DNA from: Candidatus Sulfomarinibacteraceae bacterium
Lineage (GTDB): Bacteria; Acidobacteriota; Thermoanaerobaculia; Thermoanaerobaculales; Sulfomarinibacteraceae
DNA length: 64,000 nucleotides
Reading direction: 5' to 3'
NCBI GenBank assembly: GCA_963796455.1
Contig: CAWCLO010000003.1
Coordinates: 128,001 to 192,000, forward strand
Shown here in pieces: positions 59,136 to 64,000 of this stretch. Within the stretch, counting starts at the first letter, position 1. Every line of letters begins with the position of its first letter. Under the pieces are notes generated by a model, which did no database searches, was not told where the DNA came from, and was given only the letters and a program-made list of their open reading frames with translations. Position numbers and translations under genes: made by a program.

Positions 59136-59534
59136 ATGGACTATAAGGACGAAAACCACATCACCATCGACGTGAATCCCGAGAAAAAACCAATGGTCGG
59201 AAAAATCGAGGTCGATGCGGTCAGCCGGACCGCCAGCGTCACGGCGGAAGGCGGCGACGTGGTGGTCTTCCTACCGGTGCGTGGAGGGCTCGTGGAACGC
59301 TCGACCAACGAGAACGCGAAATTCGCGAACCGGGAGAAGATCGGCACCTTCTATGGATTCGCATTCGATGTGGAGGCCGGGCAGACCGCGCAATTCAGGG
59401 TCGAGGTCGAAAACACCGAGGAGCTGATCGTTCACTATCTGGTCAGGTGTCATTCCGGTGACACCGGCGGCTACTGGGCGAAAGGCGACGCTTCTCCGCC
59501 ACGGATGATCATCCCGCCTGTTCCACCAGGCTGA
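59136..59534 (+). CDS. Hypothetical beta-rich protein
   Basis: SD GGAGG; 132 aa, fills the gap after the kinase. Confidence 0.65.
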   Translation: MDYKDENHITIDVNPEKKPMVGKIEVDAVSRTASVTAEGGDVVVFLPVRGGLVERSTNENAKFANREKIGTFYGFAFDVEAGQTAQFRVEVENTEELIVHYLVRCHSGDTGGYWAKGDASPPRMIIPPVPPG

Positions 59535-59536
59535 GT

Positions 59537-60157
59537 TCAATCGAACTGAATTTGCAGGGCCCGCTGAACGGCGGGTCTCTGGCCGATGGCATCGAGCCAC
59601 CTCGCCGTGGCCGGGTAGTCATCGATATCGATGCTGAATCGTGCGTGGTTCTTCATCCACGGGTAACAGGCGATGTCGGCTATGGAGTATTCGCCCGCAA
59701 GATACCGCCGGTTTCGAAGCTGGCTCTCGACCACGCCATAGAGGCGCTCGGCTTCGGTGATGAATCGTTCCACCGCAAAGGGCACCGGCTCCGGCGCCCG
59801 ATGAAGGAAATAGCCCGCCTGGCCGAGGAAGGGGCCGATACCGCCCACCTGGAACATCAGCCAGGACAGAGTCTGCCACCTCCCCGCCGGATCAGACGGC
59901 AGCAACATGCCGCTTTTCTCGGCGAGATAGAGCAGGATGGCGCCCGACTCGAAGATCGCGATCGGATTGCCGTCCGGGCCCGCCGGGTCCACGATGGCCG
60001 GTATCTTTCCATTTGGGTTGATGGTCAGGTACCTGGGTGATTTCTGTTCGCCCTCGTCGAGGTTGATTGCGTGGAGGCGGTATTCAATCCCGGTTTCTTC
60101 CAGCATGATGTGGATCTTGTGCCCATTGGGCGTGGACCAGGTGTAGAGGTCGATCAT
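59537..60157 (-). CDS. Glutathione S-transferase (YfcG-like)
   Basis: TPNG, NPNGKIPAI, FESGAIL, YSIADIA. Confidence 0.93.
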   Translation of the reverse strand: MIDLYTWSTPNGHKIHIMLEETGIEYRLHAINLDEGEQKSPRYLTINPNGKIPAIVDPAGPDGNPIAIFESGAILLYLAEKSGMLLPSDPAGRWQTLSWLMFQVGGIGPFLGQAGYFLHRAPEPVPFAVERFITEAERLYGVVESQLRNRRYLAGEYSIADIACYPWMKNHARFSIDIDDYPATARWLDAIGQRPAVQRALQIQFD

Positions 60158-60204
60158 ATATTCTCCTCGTCTGCTGCAACACTCTACCTTTGCTCTTCTA
60201 CTCC

Positions 60205-60735
60205 CGCTCGATCGATGCTGGATGCTCGATGCTCGATCAATCTTTTCCAAGACAGCGTTTTCAACAGCGTTCAGGGACAGCGGCGGGGATCAGCAGACAG
60301 CGTCAGCGAACAGGAGTCAGCTATCAGCGGCAGTGAGCAGCGACAGGGGACAGCGACAGGGAACAGCGTTCAGCCATCAGTGTTCAGGGGCAGCGGTCAG
60401 GAGTACAGGCGGCGATGGAGGTCTTCGCTCACGTCCGTGCCATCCCCCGGCGGCTGTTGAACCCGAAGAACCGAGTGCTGTTTGCTGCCGCTGGTGGCTG
60501 AACGCTGACGCTGACTACTGTTCGCTGTCACTGATTCCTGTTCGCCGACCCTGATTACCGTCGCTGCCGCTGCAATTCGGGCACGGACACGGGCCACCGC
60601 AAACCGGATATGCCAAAAACCAACCCGTAGACCTCGTGTTGTTAAACGGACAACTTCAAATGAAGATTTTTCTTGGACAGAAGTGGATTCCGATGGCGAT
60701 AGCGATAGAAGCGATAGCGATAGCGATAGCGAACA
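60205..60735. mobile_element. Family 1 element, gene-less copy F
   Basis: Degenerate end motif TCTTTTCCAAGACAGCG (60241) and an inverted motif TCTTGGACAGAAGTG (60671); long CAGCGA/TCGCTG arms; (GCGATA)n at 60697-60732. Confidence 0.65.
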
Positions 60736-60804
60736 CACAGTGACAGCAACGGACTCATAAGCGGCGTTACAATGCTTCTGCAGACCGAGCGAAGGAGGCA
60801 AACC

Positions 60805-61464
60805 ATGGGCAAAAAAATCGGGGTCGTTCTCTCCGGTTGCGGCGTCTACGATGGCGCAGAAATCCACGAATCGGTGATCACCCTGCTGGCCATCGACCGG
60901 CATGGGGCCGAGGCCATCATGTGTGCACCCAACAGACCTCAGCTCCACGTCGTCAACCATTTGACGGGAGAGGTGGAGGAAGGCGAAGAACGCAACGTCC
61001 TCGTCGAGTCGGCCCGAATTGCGCGCGGCGCAGTCAAGGATGTCATAGATATGTCGGCCGACGAATTGGACGGATTGATTCTCCCGGGTGGTTTCGGCGC
61101 GGCAAAGAATCTCTGTGATTTCGCCGTCTCCGGCGCGGAGTGTGCCGTCGATCCGGGCGTCGCCGCCCTGGTCCGCGAGGTCCACGAACAAGGCAAACCC
61201 GTCGCCGCGGTCTGTATCGCGCCCGCTCTCCTGGCCAAGGTCCTTGGCGGCGAGGGGCCCGAACTGACGATCGGCAACGACGCCGACACCGCCGGCGCGA
61301 TGGAGAGCATGGGCGCGACACACGTCGCCTGCCCGGTGGAGGACTTCGTGGTTGATCATGAGCGCAAACTGGTGAGCTCGCCAGCCTACATGCTCGCGGG
61401 CAACATTTCCGAGGCGGCCGAAGGGATCGAGAAGACGGTCGCTGCGCTGATCGAGATGGCTTAG
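60805..61464 (+). CDS. elbB: ElbB/ES1 (DJ-1/PfpI family) glyoxalase
   Basis: LSGCGVYDGAEIHE, ESARIARG, PGGFGAAKNL, CIAP, PAYM. Confidence 0.95.
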   Translation: MGKKIGVVLSGCGVYDGAEIHESVITLLAIDRHGAEAIMCAPNRPQLHVVNHLTGEVEEGEERNVLVESARIARGAVKDVIDMSADELDGLILPGGFGAAKNLCDFAVSGAECAVDPGVAALVREVHEQGKPVAAVCIAPALLAKVLGGEGPELTIGNDADTAGAMESMGATHVACPVEDFVVDHERKLVSSPAYMLAGNISEAAEGIEKTVAALIEMA

Positions 61465-61480
61465 GGGGCTCCAGGCCCCC

Positions 61481-61520
61481 GGGGCTATGGGGCTATGGGG
61501 CTATGGGGCTATGGGGCTAT
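61481..61520 (+). repeat. Perfect tandem repeat (GGGGCTAT)5
   Basis: Direct reading; same unit as at 48240 and 50427. Confidence 0.95.
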
Positions 61521-61564
61521 GGGCGTTGAGCGTAGAACCGACAACCCATGACGGATTGCCCGGG

Positions 61565-62383
61565 CTACCAATAGCGCTCCACAAAGACCTCTCCAGGTTC
61601 TTTGCGGCTGTGTTCGCGATAACCCTCGGATTGCAGGAGCGTCGCCATGTCATCGATCATCGCCGGGTTGCCGCAGAGAAAGACCCGGGTGTTCTGGGCG
61701 GTCGGGACAAAACCCCAGGCCTTGCCGACCTCGCCATCCCGCCACAGATCCTGGACATAGCCGGTGCGTCCGCCCCAGGGGACCGATTCTTCGGCCGGCC
61801 GGCTGATGATCGAAAAATAACTCAGGGCCGCACATTGTGCGTCCATCGTCAGGAGCTCCGATTGATAACCGAGGTCCCACGAGTGCCGCGCTCCCAGAAG
61901 AACCGCAATGCGGCGATGATTCTCGGCGGGCAGGATCGTCCTCAACATGCTCATATACGGTGCGAGCCCGGTCCCAGTCGCCACCAGAACGAGGTTTGCG
62001 TCGGATGAGACTTCGTCAAGAGTGAATTTTCCCGTGATCTTCGGCCCCAGCCACACCCGATCACCCGGCCGCAGGGCGAAGAGCCGGGGGGTGAGCGAAC
62101 CCGACCGAACAAGCGTGATATAGAACTCGATGTACTCCCTCGCAACCGACGACGAGGCGATCGAATAGGCGCGCCGGATCAGCCGACCCGGTTTGGGCGG
62201 CATCTCCTCGGCAACATCGGCAAGTTCACACCTCGGTGCCTCGGGAGACAAACCCAGCACGGCAAATTGGCCCGGCGTGAATTCAGGCAACTCCCAGTCG
62301 TCAGGCGCGACCCTCAGGACGATCAGACCAGGGGCAGCCTCGATTCGCTCGGTGACGACGGCATTCAGTTCATTCTTCTGCAT
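61565..62383 (-). CDS. fpr: Ferredoxin-NADP+ reductase (bacterial type)
   Basis: RRAYSIAS, GSLTPRL, ATGTGLAPY, FLCGNP, C-terminal ERYW. Confidence 0.93.
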   Translation of the reverse strand: MQKNELNAVVTERIEAAPGLIVLRVAPDDWELPEFTPGQFAVLGLSPEAPRCELADVAEEMPPKPGRLIRRAYSIASSSVAREYIEFYITLVRSGSLTPRLFALRPGDRVWLGPKITGKFTLDEVSSDANLVLVATGTGLAPYMSMLRTILPAENHRRIAVLLGARHSWDLGYQSELLTMDAQCAALSYFSIISRPAEESVPWGGRTGYVQDLWRDGEVGKAWGFVPTAQNTRVFLCGNPAMIDDMATLLQSEGYREHSRKEPGEVFVERYW

Positions 62384-62424
62384 CAATCCCACCCATATTC
62401 GCAGAAAGAGTACACTGCCCCGCG

Positions 62425-63177
62425 ATGTTCGGTCTCGAGACAATCTTTGAATCGCTCCCTCAATTTCTGATCGTCTGTCTTGTTCTGGCCGTCGCCGAGG
62501 CGGTTTATGTGCTGTTGGGCTTTGGCGCCGGGCTGATTGCGGTGGGAGCCCTGGCCCTGGTCCTGCCCGAGCTTCGCGACGCCGTCGTTCTGATCCTGTT
62601 GGTCAATTTGCCGGCCGAACTCTATGTGGTGACCCGATCGTGGAAAAAGATCGAATGGCGCGGGGTGCTCTTTCTGTTCGCCGGGGTTGCGGTCGGTATT
62701 CCGATCGGATCTTGGCTGCTGCGCTCCGGCGAACCCCAATTTCTGCTCACCGTGCTCGGTCTTTTCCTGGTGGCGGTCGGAGTTGTCTTCATCGTCCGAC
62801 CGCGGACGGAACGACAACCATCCACTCCCTGGGTCGCACCACCCGTGGGATTGCTGTCGGGCATTTTCACCGGTCTCTTCGGAACCGGCGGCCCACCCTT
62901 GATCGTCTACTACCAACTCTCCGGAGTGGACAAGACGATCTTCCGCGGCAATCTGATGGCCCTTTTCCTCCTCATGACAACGGTGAGAGTGCCCTCCTAC
63001 GCCGCCCTCGGACTCATCACCGGACCAAGGACGTGGTCCGCCCTCCTGGTATTGCCGGCCGTGCTCGTCGGCGCCCTGGTGGGAAATCGAATTCACCTTC
63101 GTCTCGACGAGACGAGCTTCCGCCGTTTGGTGAGCACCGCAATGATCGTCATCGGGCTGCTTCTCCTCGTCCCCTGA
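62425..63177 (+). CDS. TauE/SafE family membrane transporter
   Basis: GFGAGL, GLFGTGGPP, about 8 TM helices. Confidence 0.88.
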   Translation: MFGLETIFESLPQFLIVCLVLAVAEAVYVLLGFGAGLIAVGALALVLPELRDAVVLILLVNLPAELYVVTRSWKKIEWRGVLFLFAGVAVGIPIGSWLLRSGEPQFLLTVLGLFLVAVGVVFIVRPRTERQPSTPWVAPPVGLLSGIFTGLFGTGGPPLIVYYQLSGVDKTIFRGNLMALFLLMTTVRVPSYAALGLITGPRTWSALLVLPAVLVGALVGNRIHLRLDETSFRRLVSTAMIVIGLLLLVP

Positions 63178-63228
63178 AGGTCGAAGATATACTCTTGATG
63201 AGATTCTTTTCGAGAGGGTGTCTGCCGC

Positions 63229-64000
63229 ATGACCACCACCATTGAGCCAAGTGAAGAGCAAGCCGCCAGCGAAGAGCGGCTCACTTTCAGCCGTCTCGAT
63301 CTCGTATTGATGGCGGCGGTCCTGCTCTTCTACCTGCTCACCAGGCTCATCGCAATCGACGACTTCCCGATCTTTTTCTTCTGCGACGAGGCGACTCAAG
63401 CCAATCTCGCCAGCGAACTGGTGGATCGCGGATTCCGAGACGGCGAAGGCAACCTCTTCCCGGCGTTTTTTCGCAATGTGAAGGTCTACAACCTGGGATT
63501 CTCGATCTGGGTCCATGTACCTGCAGTCGTTCTTTTCGGCAAAAGCATCACGGCGGTGCGTGCCACCTCCGTTGTTATCGGTCTCTTCGGAGCAGCCGCG
63601 ATCATGCTGGCCCTCAAGTTCGGGTTTCGGAGCAGATTGTGGTGGATCGGCGGCCTCGTTCTGGCCGCCCTGCCGGGCTGGTTTCTCCACTCCCGAACCG
63701 CGTTCGAAACCGCGATGATGGTGGGCTTCTACGCCTGTTTCATTCTCACTTATCTCCTCTACAGATTGTATTCTCCGCGCTGGCTTCCCGCCGCCATCAT
63801 CTTCGGGGGAGCCACCTTTTACAGCTACTCAAACGGTCAGGGCGTGATGTTCGTGACCGTTCTTTTGCTGCTGCTGACCGATTGGCGGTACCACTGGCGG
63901 GTCCTCAAGGAACATCGTTGGGTGGTGATCGCCGGCTTGGTCACGGCCATACTCGTTGCAGGTCCATACCTTCGATTCCGATTCGTCCTCCACCCGGAGA
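63229..64000 (+). CDS. GT-C (ArnT/PMT-like) glycosyltransferase, partial
   Basis: Not in the ORF track; hand translation MTTTIEPSEE...LLTRLIAIDDFPIFFFCDEA...AVRATSV...HSRTAFET, a TM helix followed by a DE motif. Confidence 0.75.
   Translation, partial: MTTTIEPSEEQAASEERLTFSRLDLVLMAAVLLFYLLTRLIAIDDFPIFFFCDEATQANLASELVDRGFRDGEGNLFPAFFRNVKVYNLGFSIWVHVPAVVLFGKSITAVRATSVVIGLFGAAAIMLALKFGFRSRLWWIGGLVLAALPGWFLHSRTAFETAMMVGFYACFILTYLLYRLYSPRWLPAAIIFGGATFYSYSNGQGVMFVTVLLLLLTDWRYHWRVLKEHRWVVIAGLVTAILVAGPYLRFRFVLHPE

Noticed and set aside
59136..59150. Protein begins MDYKD, like a FLAG tag
   Set aside because: It continues ENH rather than DDDK and there is no vector sequence; coincidence
13400..61520. 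Repeat arrays as CRISPR
   Set aside because: Units are 6-9 nt and tandem, without unique spacers; no cas genes

Overview
A GC-rich bacterial chromosomal segment. The gene mix suggests a diderm, possibly anaerobic or facultative organism, perhaps Acidobacteriota (inference only). It carries about 55 mostly housekeeping genes: tmk/holB, lipA, nfeD-slipin, MoxR-DUF58-transglutaminase, xerD, suhB, nifJ plus a DHOD-like gene behind a Rex-like box, an ECF/Ser-Thr kinase pair, DUF1538x2-PII, PNP, smc, lipoate ligase, ampG, ccmABCDEF, fabH, RNase E/G, an ECF/anti-sigma pair, apaG, miaA, elbB and fpr. I found no rRNA, tRNA, CRISPR array, transposase or reverse transcriptase. The unusual signal is intergenic. 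Most long spacers hold a cassette bounded by inverted arrays of short tandem repeats (6-, 7-, 8- or 9-mer units), often nested inside one another. One family occurs six times, with (CAGCGA)-like/(TCGCTG)-like arms and a conserved end motif ACTCTTGTCCAAGACAGAGTCTC. Three of its copies carry a four-helix-bundle (23S-IVP/Avd-like) gene, always antisense to the host genes. In two of them the Shine-Dalgarno and start lie in one arm of a ~140-nt nested hairpin, and in the third that hairpin has been deleted. A second family, with 9-mer arms, carries a ~200-nt multi-hairpin segment with strand-biased G.T pairs and C-GNA-G triloops. Also seen: repeat cassettes apparently translated as parts of two proteins, a DUF1538/PII cassette flanked by a 270-bp direct repeat plus a nifJ 3' remnant, two frameshifted genes (ampG, apaG) and many apparently leaderless starts. 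All homology calls come from motif recognition by eye; no searches were run.
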